Shown here one piece after another: positions 29,200 to 39,299 of a stretch of DNA of 64,000 nt (positions are counted from its first letter, which is position 1; each line of letters starts with the position of its first letter). A program made the position numbers and the translations under genes. The notes beneath the pieces were generated by a model. It did not search any database and was not told where the DNA came from. It was given only the letters and a program-made list of their open reading frames with translations. Source of the stretch: Patescibacteria group bacterium (GTDB lineage Bacteria > Patescibacteriota > Minisyncoccia > Phycocordibacterales > Phycocordibacteraceae); contig JACDGK010000004.1 in the NCBI GenBank assembly GCA_013815345.1, forward strand, positions 10,361 to 74,360, in the 5' to 3' direction.

Positions 29200-30375
29200 T
29201 TATAAACTAAGTGGGGTCGAGAATGGTGAGAAAGGATTCGGATCGTGACCGAGAAGTTTTTTTAAAAATCCTGAAAGAGACGTTCGTGCCGCACACACGT
29301 AATTATCAGCGGCGCCGTAGTAGACCGTTAAATTATCATCCTGTATCGTCGCCCCACAAGAATACACAACTCCTGGTTTTAGACCGCTTGTCTCATATAC
29401 GGCAGCAGGAGAAAGGATGGGAGCTGGTGAACGAGCGAGGACTTTCGTTGGATCATCGACGTCGAGAAGCATCGCCCCGAGCTGATATTCATGGCTATAT
29501 TTCTCTCTATCAGTTGCGTGGTATAAGACAAGCCATCCTTTTTCGGTTTTCATAGGAGCAGGACCTACACCGCGTATCCAGTTATCCCAGTGGCCACTTC
29601 GCCCGCGTGTACGAGGACCTTGCGGACTCTCGATGTACGATTCCGTTGAACCGATGGCATTTAAATCGTCGCGATAGGCAATCTCAACGGTTGGAGAAAC
29701 GCTGTGCAGTAACGCAAATTTTCCATTAATCTTTTCAGGAAAGAGTACCCAATTCTTATTCACTTGATTTTGAGGAGAAAGAAAGGCAAGCGGTGACCAG
29801 TTCCAGCGTTTCTGTTTGAGATCAGCAACCGCAAGGGACGTAACCCCAATGCGCACCGAATTCCAGTTTTCAAATGCGGAAAACGAAAGATACAGGTGAT
29901 CATCCATAATCATCGCGCGAGGATCTTCAGTACCTCCCCAGCTCCCACCGGAAGCCACGAGCCCCGGATAATTTTTCTCAGCGTGCGCGCGTCGCAGGGC
30001 GTCAAGATGTGGATCCGAACCTTCAAGTGCGAAGACAGGATAGGGAAGTCGTTCCTCGAGCTGTATGCCATCTTTAGAAGATGCATAGCCTATGCGCGAG
30101 ACGCCGTCACTTCCGATCGCCCGATAGAAAAGATGCGTGCGTTCGCCATCATGCGCGGCAGCAGCATTCATCACCGCCTGCTGTTCGAATTCATATTTGC
30201 CCGGATGCATAAGCGGGTTACCCGCATGACGTGTAAGAGTAAAAGGATTTTTCTTGAAATTTTCGAGAACTCGCGTACGGTTCTGGGCGCGTCCAAGCTG
30301 CCACGCCCCCCAGATAAAAAGGCCGCTTATGAAAAATGCGAGTATGATGAGAAGGTAAAGGACGACATAACTCAT
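29200..30375 (-). CDS. GH130 family protein with N-terminal transmembrane anchor
   Basis: TM helix YVVLYLLIILAFFISGLFIWGAW, then the GH130 motifs YRAIG, GGTEDPR and VYYGAAD. Confidence 0.85.
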   Translation of the reverse strand: MSYVVLYLLIILAFFISGLFIWGAWQLGRAQNRTRVLENFKKNPFTLTRHAGNPLMHPGKYEFEQQAVMNAAAAHDGERTHLFYRAIGSDGVSRIGYASSKDGIQLEERLPYPVFALEGSDPHLDALRRAHAEKNYPGLVASGGSWGGTEDPRAMIMDDHLYLSFSAFENWNSVRIGVTSLAVADLKQKRWNWSPLAFLSPQNQVNKNWVLFPEKINGKFALLHSVSPTVEIAYRDDLNAIGSTESYIESPQGPRTRGRSGHWDNWIRGVGPAPMKTEKGWLVLYHATDREKYSHEYQLGAMLLDVDDPTKVLARSPAPILSPAAVYETSGLKPGVVYSCGATIQDDNLTVYYGAADNYVCAARTSLSGFLKKLLGHDPNPFSPFSTPLSL

Positions 30376-30393
30376 GGAAAAAATTATTCGAGT

Positions 30394-30879
30394 TTATTTT
30401 CGACCGAAATCGTCTTCGGTGCGGATAATGTCATTTTCATCAAAATTACCGAAAGCTATTTCGAGTACGGCGATGCCGTTGTTGCCGCCCGTTAAACGAT
30501 GCAGGGTGCCGACAGGGCTTTCAATCACGTCGCCGTAGGCGACGTGACGCTCTCTATCATTAGTCTGCACGATTCCATCACCCTCTATGACTTTCCACCA
30601 CTCTGAGCGCTGCTCATGTTTCTGAAGCGAGAAACGTTTCCCCGCATCCACCCGCAATATTTTTACGGTAGTCGGTTCGTTTAGCGTGAATTGCTCAAAA
30701 GAACCCCACGGACGATGTTCTTCGTGATGATTAGAAAGAAGGCTCATACTCTCTATAGAATACCGCGAGTTTCGGGATACTTCGTGTGGGTAGGGTGTAT
30801 AAAGCCATGTGGGTTTCAAGACGCTTTGACAGCGGCGTCTAAACTCATATAGTGCCTCTATGGAACGAGTGGTGATCAA
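30394..30879 (-). CDS. Cupin-type mannose-6-phosphate isomerase (type II PMI C-terminal cupin domain only)
   Basis: WGSFEQF...KILRVDAGKRFSLQKHEQRSEWWKVIEGDG...YGDVIESPVGTLHRL is the canonical ManC-type cupin. Confidence 0.8.
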   Translation of the reverse strand: MITTRSIEALYEFRRRCQSVLKPTWLYTPYPHEVSRNSRYSIESMSLLSNHHEEHRPWGSFEQFTLNEPTTVKILRVDAGKRFSLQKHEQRSEWWKVIEGDGIVQTNDRERHVAYGDVIESPVGTLHRLTGGNNGIAVLEIAFGNFDENDIIRTEDDFGRK

Positions 30880-31069
30880 TGTACTGAACGAGGTACGAAA
30901 TACTCATGGTATGACCCAAGAAGCGTTGGCTGAAAAGGTCGGCGTGTCTCGCCAGACCATCATTGCCATCGAGAAAGGGAAGTACACACCCTCCGTCTCG
31001 CTCGCCCTTCGACTCGCGCACGCCTTTAGTATGCGCGTCGAGGATCTCTTTTCGCTCAGTAAATCCTAA
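30860..31069 (+). CDS. XRE-family helix-turn-helix transcriptional regulator
   Basis: MTQEALAEKVGVSRQTIIAIEKGKYTPSVSLALRLAHAF. Confidence 0.85.
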   Translation: MERVVINVLNEVRNTHGMTQEALAEKVGVSRQTIIAIEKGKYTPSVSLALRLAHAFSMRVEDLFSLSKS

Positions 31070-31076
31070 TCACTTT

Positions 31077-31433
31077 ATGAAAACGCTCGAACGTCTCGTC
31101 GCCATCGTGCTCATCATTCTTCTGATTCTCATCGGAAATCCTTTCACGTTTTGGATGCCGAGCATGCTGATCGCTACCGTACTGGTCGTGATTACGGCAC
31201 TAACGTTCGTGTGGGCCGGTTTTATCATCACCGAAAAAGCCCACGACGAACGGGAAGAATTGCATCGCACGAATGCCGGTCGTGCCGCATATCTTGGAGC
31301 AGCGGGCATGCTTACTATCGCATTGGTGTATCAAGGCCTCACCCACACAATCGATATTTGGATTCCTGCAACGCTCGCGCTCATGATCATCGCGAAACTC
31401 GCGTCTCGCTTTTTTGCCGATACCTACGAATAG
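31077..31433 (+). CDS. Small membrane protein partnered with the XRE regulator (DUF2178-like arrangement)
   Basis: ATG at 31077, 8 nt after the XRE stop, followed by three TM helices. Confidence 0.6.
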   Translation: MKTLERLVAIVLIILLILIGNPFTFWMPSMLIATVLVVITALTFVWAGFIITEKAHDEREELHRTNAGRAAYLGAAGMLTIALVYQGLTHTIDIWIPATLALMIIAKLASRFFADTYE

Positions 31434-31530
31434 TCAGAATTCCTCCCCATTTGAGCGAATGTGTGTAAAGCATGCTTTACATTTGTGCGGGAGGTGAGTA
31501 TGCTAGATATATACCAGTAGCCTTTATTCT

Positions 31531-33363
31531 ATGGCACTTTTTCTCATCGCACTTTTAGCAGGCGTTTTGACGGTTATTTCACCATGCGTACTTCCGCTGT
31601 TGCCGATTATCGTCGGCGGTTCGCTTGCCGGAGGAAGAAGCATACGACGTATTTTAACTGTAACCCTTTCTCTCGGTGCATCGGTATTTCTCTTTACGCT
31701 CCTTCTTAAGGTTTCGACTGCTTTCATAAACGTGCCGGCTGCGTTCTGGAGCATCTTCTCTGGAGGACTCATCATCATCATCGGTCTCATTCTGCTTTTC
31801 CCGCGTCTCTGGGACAAAGTACCGTTCGTCGCAAAGATGAATCTTCGTTCCAACAAAGCGATGTCTGCTGGATTCAAGAAGCAGACATTTCTCGGTGATG
31901 TTATCGTCGGCGCCTCTCTCGGTCCGGTATTTGCCTCATGCAGTCCTACGTTCTTTATCTTGCTTGCCACGGTGCTTCCGGTAAGTATTTCTGCGGGCAT
32001 TGCCGACATTCTTGCCTACATTGCCGGTCTCTGTTTTTCTCTCATCGTTGTATCGTTTGTCGGACAAACGATTATGGCAAAGCTTGGTATTGCCTCCGAT
32101 CCTAATGGATGGTTTAAGCGCGGTATCGGCATTCTCTTTATTGTCGTAGGTATCGCTATCATCACTGGCTTCGATAAAATACTCGAGCAACCCCTCTACT
32201 CTGTATTCGATGAAACAAAAATCGAGACGAAGCTTTTGCAGAAACAAGTAGCACCGGGCACGTCTATTACAAATCCGCTGGTACCCGATACCAACGGGCA
32301 ATCTACCACTACTTCTACTGCCATGCACGAAGGAACTTCTACTGCAGCCACCGGCGCAGTCACTCCTGCCACCGCACAAACGCTTGCTCGAAAAGCATCG
32401 ATGTATCACAAAGCTCCGGAACTCGTTCAGCCAGATGCATATCTCAACACTGGAGGTCAGCCGATCAGCCTCGCACAATATCGTGGAAAAGACGTCGTGC
32501 TCGTGGACTTCTGGACGTATAGTTGTATCAATTGTCTTCGAACGCTTCCATATCTCACCTCGTGGTATGCGAAATATAAAGACCAAGGCTTCGTGATCAT
32601 CGGTGTGCACACCCCAGAATTCGCGTTTGAACATGTACAAAGCAATGTTGCAGCGGCGCTGGTAAAGCTTGGCGTTACATATCCTGTGGTGCTTGATAAC
32701 GAATATAAGACCTGGAACGCCTACGGAAATCAATTCTGGCCGCATGAATATGTGATTGATATCGATGGATACATCACACACGATCATATCGGTGAAGGGG
32801 AATACGATGTAACGGAAAAAGCGATACAGGCAGCGCTCGCCGAGCGAGCCTCGCGTCTCGGTACCAGCGCCTCCGCTATACCGACATCCCTTACGACTGT
32901 TGCGGACCCGAATCTTTCCGCGGTGCAGAGTCCTGAAACTTATTTCGGTTACAATCGAAACCAAAATCTTGCAAACGGCACGCCGTCGAAAGCAGGAACC
33001 AGTACGTTCACACTCCCATCAGGCGCTATTGCTCCCAACAAACTGTATCTTGGTGGCTCATGGAATATTGAGGCAGAATCTGCAGTTACGAATGCGAGCG
33101 GCACTAGCATTGAATATTCTTACACCGCACATGATGTCGATTTCGTCGCGAGCGCGAGTACGCCCGTTACTGTTGAAGTATTTCGTGATGGCGTACCAGT
33201 AGGGAATTTCGCTGGTGCGGATGTTGATCCAAAAACCTCGACTGCAACGATCAATGCAAACCGTCTCTACACGCTTGTTCACGATACGTCGCCAGGGCAG
33301 CACACGATATTGATCAAGATTATGGGTGCCGGCCTGCATGCGTACACGTTTACGTTCGGCTAG
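31531..33363 (+). CDS. DipZ-like protein: CcdA/DsbD transmembrane disulfide-transfer domain fused to TlpA/ResA-like thioredoxin (CINC) and a C-terminal beta-sandwich domain
   Basis: The N-terminus ISPCVLPLLPII is the CcdA signature. The thioredoxin fold DFWTYSCINCLRTLPYL...GVHTPEF follows. Confidence 0.85.
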   Translation: MALFLIALLAGVLTVISPCVLPLLPIIVGGSLAGGRSIRRILTVTLSLGASVFLFTLLLKVSTAFINVPAAFWSIFSGGLIIIIGLILLFPRLWDKVPFVAKMNLRSNKAMSAGFKKQTFLGDVIVGASLGPVFASCSPTFFILLATVLPVSISAGIADILAYIAGLCFSLIVVSFVGQTIMAKLGIASDPNGWFKRGIGILFIVVGIAIITGFDKILEQPLYSVFDETKIETKLLQKQVAPGTSITNPLVPDTNGQSTTTSTAMHEGTSTAATGAVTPATAQTLARKASMYHKAPELVQPDAYLNTGGQPISLAQYRGKDVVLVDFWTYSCINCLRTLPYLTSWYAKYKDQGFVIIGVHTPEFAFEHVQSNVAAALVKLGVTYPVVLDNEYKTWNAYGNQFWPHEYVIDIDGYITHDHIGEGEYDVTEKAIQAALAERASRLGTSASAIPTSLTTVADPNLSAVQSPETYFGYNRNQNLANGTPSKAGTSTFTLPSGAIAPNKLYLGGSWNIEAESAVTNASGTSIEYSYTAHDVDFVASASTPVTVEVFRDGVPVGNFAGADVDPKTSTATINANRLYTLVHDTSPGQHTILIKIMGAGLHAYTFTFG

Positions 33364-33411
33364 AAAGAATTATCCTCACAGTTCCAAAGCTTCGGTCTTT
33401 AGGGTACAGTA

Positions 33412-34356
33412 GTGAGTATTATGAGTGACGGCACAAAGCCTGCGGCGATCAAGATCGTCGATCTTAAAAAGGTATATGGTACTGGCGTGGAAGCCCTAAA
33501 AGGTGTTTCCCTGACTATTGCCGAGGGAGAATTCTTTGCGCTTCTCGGCCCCAATGGTGCAGGTAAATCGACACTTATCAGTGTTTTGGCAGGCTTGGCT
33601 ATCAAGACAAGCGGTACGGTCGAGGTGTGTGGGGTTTCCATTGATGAAAATATCGATAAAGCGAAAAGCTTCATCGGTATCGTGCCGCAAGAGTTCAATT
33701 TCAACTGGTTTGAAACGGTTATTGACATCATCATTAACCAAGCTGGATACTATGGTATTCCGCGGCATGTAGCTATGCCACGGGCAAACGAACTCATCGA
33801 AAACCTCGGCCTTGCCGATAAACGCGATACGCAAGCCATGAAGCTTTCCGGTGGTATGAAGCGGCGGCTTATGATCGCTCGTTCGCTCATACATGAGCCG
33901 CGCGTGCTGCTGCTCGATGAACCCACAGCGGGGGTCGATGTGGAGCTTCGCCGTGGCATGCATGATTTCTTACGCGAGCTCAATGCTGCCGGTACGACCA
34001 TCATACTCACAACTCACTATCTGGAAGAAGCAGAGCAGCTCAGTCGGGAGGTTGCCATCATTAACAACGGCAGCATCATCAAGCAAGGAAGCGTGAAGTC
34101 ACTCCTTGCCAATATGAATTCAGTGACCCTGCTTCTGGATACCGTTGCACCGATCAGCACTGCCGAGCTACAGCTTGCCCGTGCGCTTCCTATTACCCGC
34201 ATCGACGATACAACCCTTCAGCTCAAGCTTGCTCCAGGCGAAACTGTCAATGATTACATCAGAAAACTTTCGACGATTGGAGTGCAGATTTCAAATATAC
34301 GGAACAATGGCAGTCGTTTGGAAGAAGTCTTTATCGATTTAATACAGAAGGATTAA
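33412..34356 (+). CDS. ABC transporter ATP-binding protein (ABC-2 exporter type)
   Basis: Walker A GPNGAGKST, signature LSGGMKRR and Walker B LLLDEPTAGVD. Confidence 0.9.
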   Translation: MSIMSDGTKPAAIKIVDLKKVYGTGVEALKGVSLTIAEGEFFALLGPNGAGKSTLISVLAGLAIKTSGTVEVCGVSIDENIDKAKSFIGIVPQEFNFNWFETVIDIIINQAGYYGIPRHVAMPRANELIENLGLADKRDTQAMKLSGGMKRRLMIARSLIHEPRVLLLDEPTAGVDVELRRGMHDFLRELNAAGTTIILTTHYLEEAEQLSREVAIINNGSIIKQGSVKSLLANMNSVTLLLDTVAPISTAELQLARALPITRIDDTTLQLKLAPGETVNDYIRKLSTIGVQISNIRNNGSRLEEVFIDLIQKD

Positions 34357-34369
34357 CCACATTTTACTT

Positions 34370-35173
34370 ATGGCACTCCAAACGACCAAAACTATGAGCG
34401 AAGAACGCGCGCCAATACTTGTCGGTTTTCTCACCATGCTGCGCAAGGAAGTGACCCGTGTCTTCCGCATATGGTCACAGACGCTTCTGCCGCCCGTGGT
34501 GACAACGTCGCTTTATTTCGCTATCTTCGGCGCTTTTATCGGTTCGCAGATCGCAAAGATAGACGGCTTCTCCTACATCCAATTTATCGTGCCCGGCCTC
34601 GTGATGATGGCTGTTATTACGAGTGCGTATTCGAATACCGTCTCGACCTTTTTCGGTGCAAAGATGCAGCGAAATCTCGAAGAGCTGCTTGTGTCGCCGA
34701 TGCCGGATTGGGTAGTTATCGCCGGCTTTGTGAGTGGGGGAGTTGTGCGTGCACTCTTGGTAGCAATCCTCGTACTCATCGTTTCGCTTTTCTTCACGCA
34801 TCTCATTATATTTAACCTTTTCATCATTTTTGCTGCTGCGTTCCTGACCTCGCTCCTTTTTTCGCTTGCCGGTCTCGTAAACGGCATTTTTGCAAAATCG
34901 TTTGACGGCATTAGTATTGTGCCTACCTTCGTACTTGTGCCGCTTACGTACTTGGGCGGGGTATTCTACTCGATTAATCGTTTACCGCCTTTCTTTCGGT
35001 TCCTTTCGCTTGGAAATCCTATTCTCTACATGGTGAATGCGTTTCGGTATGGTTTTCTCGGCATTAGCGATGTTTCGGTCACTGTAAGTTTTGAAGTCAT
35101 GATTTTCGTAACGCTTGCACTGCTTATTATTACGCTGTGGCTTTTCAAACGCGGAAGCGGCCTCAAAAATTAA
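34370..35173 (+). CDS. ABC-2 family transporter permease
   Basis: Six TM segments, immediately downstream of the ATPase. Confidence 0.8.
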   Translation: MALQTTKTMSEERAPILVGFLTMLRKEVTRVFRIWSQTLLPPVVTTSLYFAIFGAFIGSQIAKIDGFSYIQFIVPGLVMMAVITSAYSNTVSTFFGAKMQRNLEELLVSPMPDWVVIAGFVSGGVVRALLVAILVLIVSLFFTHLIIFNLFIIFAAAFLTSLLFSLAGLVNGIFAKSFDGISIVPTFVLVPLTYLGGVFYSINRLPPFFRFLSLGNPILYMVNAFRYGFLGISDVSVTVSFEVMIFVTLALLIITLWLFKRGSGLKN

Positions 35174-35198
35174 TACCAAATAAAAATTTTCCTGTAGG

Positions 35199-35825
35199 AT
35201 GATAGGAGTACTTATGCAGCACTTCACCGCAATCAAGCTGTTTCTTCTTATTTCGCAGTATGGCTATATCCTGCTTTTTCCGATCGGCGTCATTGAAGGA
35301 CCGGTTGCGGCGATTGTCTCGGGAGCACTGGTCGCGTCCGAAGTATTAAATGCCTATACGGTCTTTGTCATACTTGTCGCTGCGGATATTACCGGCGATG
35401 TATTATATTACTCGCTCGGGCGATGGGGACATGTGCGATTCTTGGAAAGACTGAGCAGTCGCCTTGGCCTTACCGAATCTCGTATGAAGCCTCTTCAGTC
35501 AGAATTTCACAAGAACGATTGGAAACTGATTTTGGTTGGAAAAACCCAGGGACTGGGGGCGATTATATTGTATTTCGCGGGTGTAACGCACATGCGGATC
35601 GAACGATTTCTTTTTTGGAACTTTATCGGCACGCTTCCAAAAGTCGGTATTTTCATGGCGGTCGGCTATCTTTTTGGGGAAACGCTCATTCGATCCCAAA
35701 AATATTTGGATTACTTCACCTTCTTTATCTTCGGCATGGGGCTCCTGCTTCTTTTGGGCTATTGGCTTTTCAAGCGGTATATGGAAAGTAAAGTAGGAGA
35801 CGATACCTCAGAAGAATCAGAATAA
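35199..35825 (+). CDS. DedA/VTT-domain membrane protein
   Basis: LLFPIGVIEGPVAAIVSGALVAS...GRWGH. Confidence 0.75.
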   Translation: MIGVLMQHFTAIKLFLLISQYGYILLFPIGVIEGPVAAIVSGALVASEVLNAYTVFVILVAADITGDVLYYSLGRWGHVRFLERLSSRLGLTESRMKPLQSEFHKNDWKLILVGKTQGLGAIILYFAGVTHMRIERFLFWNFIGTLPKVGIFMAVGYLFGETLIRSQKYLDYFTFFIFGMGLLLLLGYWLFKRYMESKVGDDTSEESE

Positions 35826-35832
35826 TAAATAA

Positions 35833-36555
35833 CTATTCGACGCTAACAACCGAAGGCGAGCGCGCAAATGACTTTGACGGCACTTTTCGCCGAAGAAGCG
35901 TCAGATTCTGAGACACTACACCCCATACCGATAACACCTCGCAGGCATCTCGAATCATTTTCCATTCCTCTGCGAAACCTTTCGGCAAGCCGACTTTTTC
36001 AAATTTTCGAATGTTATATACATTCTGCCAGCGCACCACGGCGATACTCATCTTTTGTTCCACAATATGCTGATTCATGAACACTTCGCCACCCCAGCGC
36101 GGAAGCTGTTGCATAGTCTCTACTGCTTCGAAAAGAAGTGCACGCGGGAGCACGCGTTCTCCCGATACAAAATCAAGCCCGATGAGTCGGTATATCCACA
36201 AACTATTTCTTCGCAAACTTATGCTTACGTCAGCAATACCTTCACGGACGGGAAGAATAAGCGAAGAAATGTTTGCCGTAGTTAAGCCGGAAAGATCGGC
36301 ATCTATGAGCATAATAAGGTCTCCGCTCGCGGCTGCAATGCCTTGACTCAATGCAAATGTTTTTCCTTTATTCGTGGGATAGGAAATCACGGTAATGCCT
36401 TTCTGCGCGCGCAACACTTTCTCTGTGTCATCGGTTGATCCGTCATTTACCACGATTATCTCCATGAGATCAGGATTGTGAACGACGGCATCAAGTATGT
36501 TTTGAATGCGGGGAGCTTCGTTGTATGCGCATATAACGCAGGAAATTCGTATCAT
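35833..36555 (-). CDS. Family 2 glycosyltransferase
   Basis: ISCVICAYNEAPRI...VVNDGSTDDT...IDADL. Confidence 0.85.
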   Translation of the reverse strand: MIRISCVICAYNEAPRIQNILDAVVHNPDLMEIIVVNDGSTDDTEKVLRAQKGITVISYPTNKGKTFALSQGIAAASGDLIMLIDADLSGLTTANISSLILPVREGIADVSISLRRNSLWIYRLIGLDFVSGERVLPRALLFEAVETMQQLPRWGGEVFMNQHIVEQKMSIAVVRWQNVYNIRKFEKVGLPKGFAEEWKMIRDACEVLSVWGVVSQNLTLLRRKVPSKSFARSPSVVSVE

Positions 36556-36661
36556 GAAGAAGGAGGCTCTGTACGGTCAGAGTAGCAGTATCACTGTCAC
36601 CTGCCTAGTCGCTTGGCGACCTCTTTTTGGGAAAGACTATCTTCTGTGGTATTTTTTGAGA

Positions 36662-37519
36662 ATGTTCACGTACGTTCAGGCGATACTGCTCGGTCTTCTT
36701 CAGGGAGTAACTGAGCTTTTTCCTGTTTCGAGCTTAGGTCACAGTGTACTTCTCCCGGCGCTGCTGCACTGGCCGCTCGACGAACATGCTCCATTCTTTC
36801 TCATCTTCCTTATAGCTACTCATTTTGCCACTGCACTGGTACTTCTCGGGTTCTTTTTCAAAGATTGGTTGCGCATCATACAGGGTTTTTTTTGTTCGCT
36901 CATACAGCGGCGCATCGCAGAAGATGATGTGTACGCACGACTTGCGTGGCTTATTATCATCGCTACAATTCCGGCCGGAATCATCGGCATTCTCTTTCAG
37001 GAGAGCATACAGAATTTGTTCGCAACGCCTCTTTTTGTTGCGTACATACTGATTTTGAACGGCGTGCTTCTGTATAGCATTGAGATTTTGAAAAAACATC
37101 GACAGCGATTACATAACACTCTTGCGGCAGGCGATCTTGCGATCTCACGAATGCCCTGGCTCGCGGCATTCGGAACCGGTATTGCACAGGCACTTGCTCT
37201 TCTTCCTGGATTTTCTCGCACGGGTGCTGCACTCGGCGGCGGTCTGCTCGCCGGTCTTGATCACGAAAGCGCTGCGCGCTTCTCATTTCTTTTAGCCACA
37301 CCGATCATACTTGCGGCTGCGGTATTGAAATTACCCGAACTCTTCACTACGAAGGGCTATCCCGTCGGAGAAATCGCTGTAGGTGCATTGGCTGCCGGCA
37401 TTGCGGCATTCATCTCGATCTCTTTTCTCACGCGTTATTTTAAGACGAATACCCTTCGGCCATTTGCGTTGTACTGTGTTCTCGCAGGAATTCTTTCTAT
37501 CGTGCTTCTTACACGGTGA
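36662..37519 (+). CDS. uppP: Undecaprenyl-diphosphatase UppP/BacA (start taken at ATG 36662; the ORF extends to 36506)
   Basis: LLGLLQGVTELFPVSSLGHSVL and the second PGFSRTGA motif. Confidence 0.85.
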   Translation: MFTYVQAILLGLLQGVTELFPVSSLGHSVLLPALLHWPLDEHAPFFLIFLIATHFATALVLLGFFFKDWLRIIQGFFCSLIQRRIAEDDVYARLAWLIIIATIPAGIIGILFQESIQNLFATPLFVAYILILNGVLLYSIEILKKHRQRLHNTLAAGDLAISRMPWLAAFGTGIAQALALLPGFSRTGAALGGGLLAGLDHESAARFSFLLATPIILAAAVLKLPELFTTKGYPVGEIAVGALAAGIAAFISISFLTRYFKTNTLRPFALYCVLAGILSIVLLTR

Positions 37520-37540
37520 GAGAACAGTAGAAGATAGTAG

Positions 37541-38692
37541 CTACGAGAAATCAACCGAAACTTCGTGCATGCCTTCATTATCCTCGGGTTCCGAAGAAAG
37601 GGTCTCAGGATTTTCTGACTCAGGAGCAGGAGGGAAGGAGATCGCGACGGTCGTACCTTGTCCAACTGCGCTTTTAATACTGAGGCTGCCCTGATGCACG
37701 CGAACTAATTCATTTACGATCGCAAGGCCAAGACCGCTCGTACCGGTTCCAATACCGCGCGCGCGCGAAGTATCTCCACGATAAAAAGGCTCGAACACGT
37801 GATAGAGATCTTTCTGCGCAATACCAATACCCGTATCTATGATCACGAGCACTACTCGATGACGATAGTCGCTTTCAATATTTATTTGTATTTTTTCTCC
37901 TTTATCCTGCGGGGTATAGTTAATGGCATTCTTCAGAAGATTGGTCATAATTTGTTCGAGAGCGGTTGGATTGCCCAAGATTTTTCGTTTGTTGCCCATC
38001 GACATGGAGAGAATAATGCCACGAGACGCCGCAAGCGTTTGATGCCGTGCTACTACGGTCTCTACTATTTTTCCTAAGTCTAGTGGTTCCTTTTTGGCGC
38101 GGCCCGGTTGCATCAGTGTATCGAAGGAAAGGAGATTATTGATCGTTTCTGAAATACGATCGAGTTCAACGATAGTATCTTCGAGAGATTCTCTCATAGG
38201 TACGCTTAGTGCTGGATCCATGAGGGACACTTCGGTGGTCGTCTTGATGATGGCGAGCGGAGTGCGTATCTCATGCGCGACATTGCCGATAAAACGTTTT
38301 TGCAGTAATAAAGACTCTTTGGTCGGTGAAAGAGAGAATCGTATCAAAAGATACCCGAACATTATAATGAGGCCGATGAGACCTAGGAATACATAGAGTA
38401 AGGTGCGCGCGCGAACCGTTTCGATGGCTTGCGGCAACGTTTTTATCGGCGTCGTCGAACCAACGCTTTGCGCTTGCTGAATATGATAGCGAATAGATCC
38501 AACAGTATTGTTTTGTGTATATTGAATAGCCCAGCCTGATATCGCGATCAGAAGTACGGCAAGAATAAAAAGGATGACGATAATATTAACCGTCGTCTGA
38601 ACAAAAGGGTTGAAACGATATCTATCCGTTAAGGCGGTAACCCACGCCCCGAATTGTTTCAAAGAGTGGTTCGACGTCATCATAGTCATCAA
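37541..38692 (-). CDS. Sensor histidine kinase (2 TM, HisKA, HATPase_c)
   Basis: H-box VAHEIRTPLAII, N-box LLKNAINYT and G-boxes. It overlaps the upstream response-regulator gene by at least ~56 nt. Confidence 0.9.
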   Translation of the reverse strand: MMTMMTSNHSLKQFGAWVTALTDRYRFNPFVQTTVNIIVILFILAVLLIAISGWAIQYTQNNTVGSIRYHIQQAQSVGSTTPIKTLPQAIETVRARTLLYVFLGLIGLIIMFGYLLIRFSLSPTKESLLLQKRFIGNVAHEIRTPLAIIKTTTEVSLMDPALSVPMRESLEDTIVELDRISETINNLLSFDTLMQPGRAKKEPLDLGKIVETVVARHQTLAASRGIILSMSMGNKRKILGNPTALEQIMTNLLKNAINYTPQDKGEKIQINIESDYRHRVVLVIIDTGIGIAQKDLYHVFEPFYRGDTSRARGIGTGTSGLGLAIVNELVRVHQGSLSIKSAVGQGTTVAISFPPAPESENPETLSSEPEDNEGMHEVSVDFS

Positions 38693-39299
38693 GTTTTTTA
38701 CGAAGATTTTTCATGTGAACATCAAGCACATTGCTGAAACCAGGGAAGTCGAAACTCCACACGTGATCCAGTATAGCTTCCCGTGGCATCGCTTCATTTG
38801 GATGACGCATAAAGAGTTCAACGAGCGAGAACTCTTTGAGGGTCAAAGGAATCGATTTTCCCGCTTTCTCCACTGTATGCTTGCCAGAGTCAAGCTCGAT
38901 ATCTCGGATCGCGAGGATACCAGGCAATGTTTCGGCAGGGCGTCGCAAGACTGCCTGGATACGGGCGATAAGTTCATCGAAAGAGAACGGTTTTGTCACG
39001 TAGTCATCCGCCCCGCTATTCAAAAGATCGATCTTATACTCCATCTCATCCCGAGCCGTGAGCATGATAATTGGAGTCATGACGCCGGCTTCTCGCACAT
39101 CGCGGCATATCGTATCGCCACCCACATCGGGAAGCATGAGGTCCAGGAGTATGAGGTCATACTCGTCTTTGTACAGCATGATGCGGGTGCGGGCTTTGTC
39201 GCCATCCGCAAGCCAGTCCACGGTGAAGCCTTTCAGCTCGAGCCCGCGTTTCAAAGCCTCTGCGAGCTTCGTTTCATCTTCAACAACAAGGATACGCAT
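38622..39299 (-). CDS. OmpR-family response regulator (REC plus winged helix)
   Basis: MRILVVEDE...DLILLDLMLPD...GVGYRL. Confidence 0.9.
   Translation of the reverse strand: MRILVVEDETKLAEALKRGLELKGFTVDWLADGDKARTRIMLYKDEYDLILLDLMLPDVGGDTICRDVREAGVMTPIIMLTARDEMEYKIDLLNSGADDYVTKPFSFDELIARIQAVLRRPAETLPGILAIRDIELDSGKHTVEKAGKSIPLTLKEFSLVELFMRHPNEAMPREAILDHVWSFDFPGFSNVLDVHMKNLRKKLDDYDDVEPLFETIRGVGYRLNG

Noticed and set aside
31936-32964. 342 aa minus-strand ORF antisense to the DipZ-like gene; 259 aa ORF 38610-39389 antisense to the TCS genes; 231 aa ORF 55544-56239 antisense to purD; 125 aa ORF 60911-61288 antisense to the MFS gene
   Set aside because: Each lies entirely inside a confidently assigned gene on the opposite strand and has biased composition. 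These are typical antisense artefacts in roughly 50% GC DNA.
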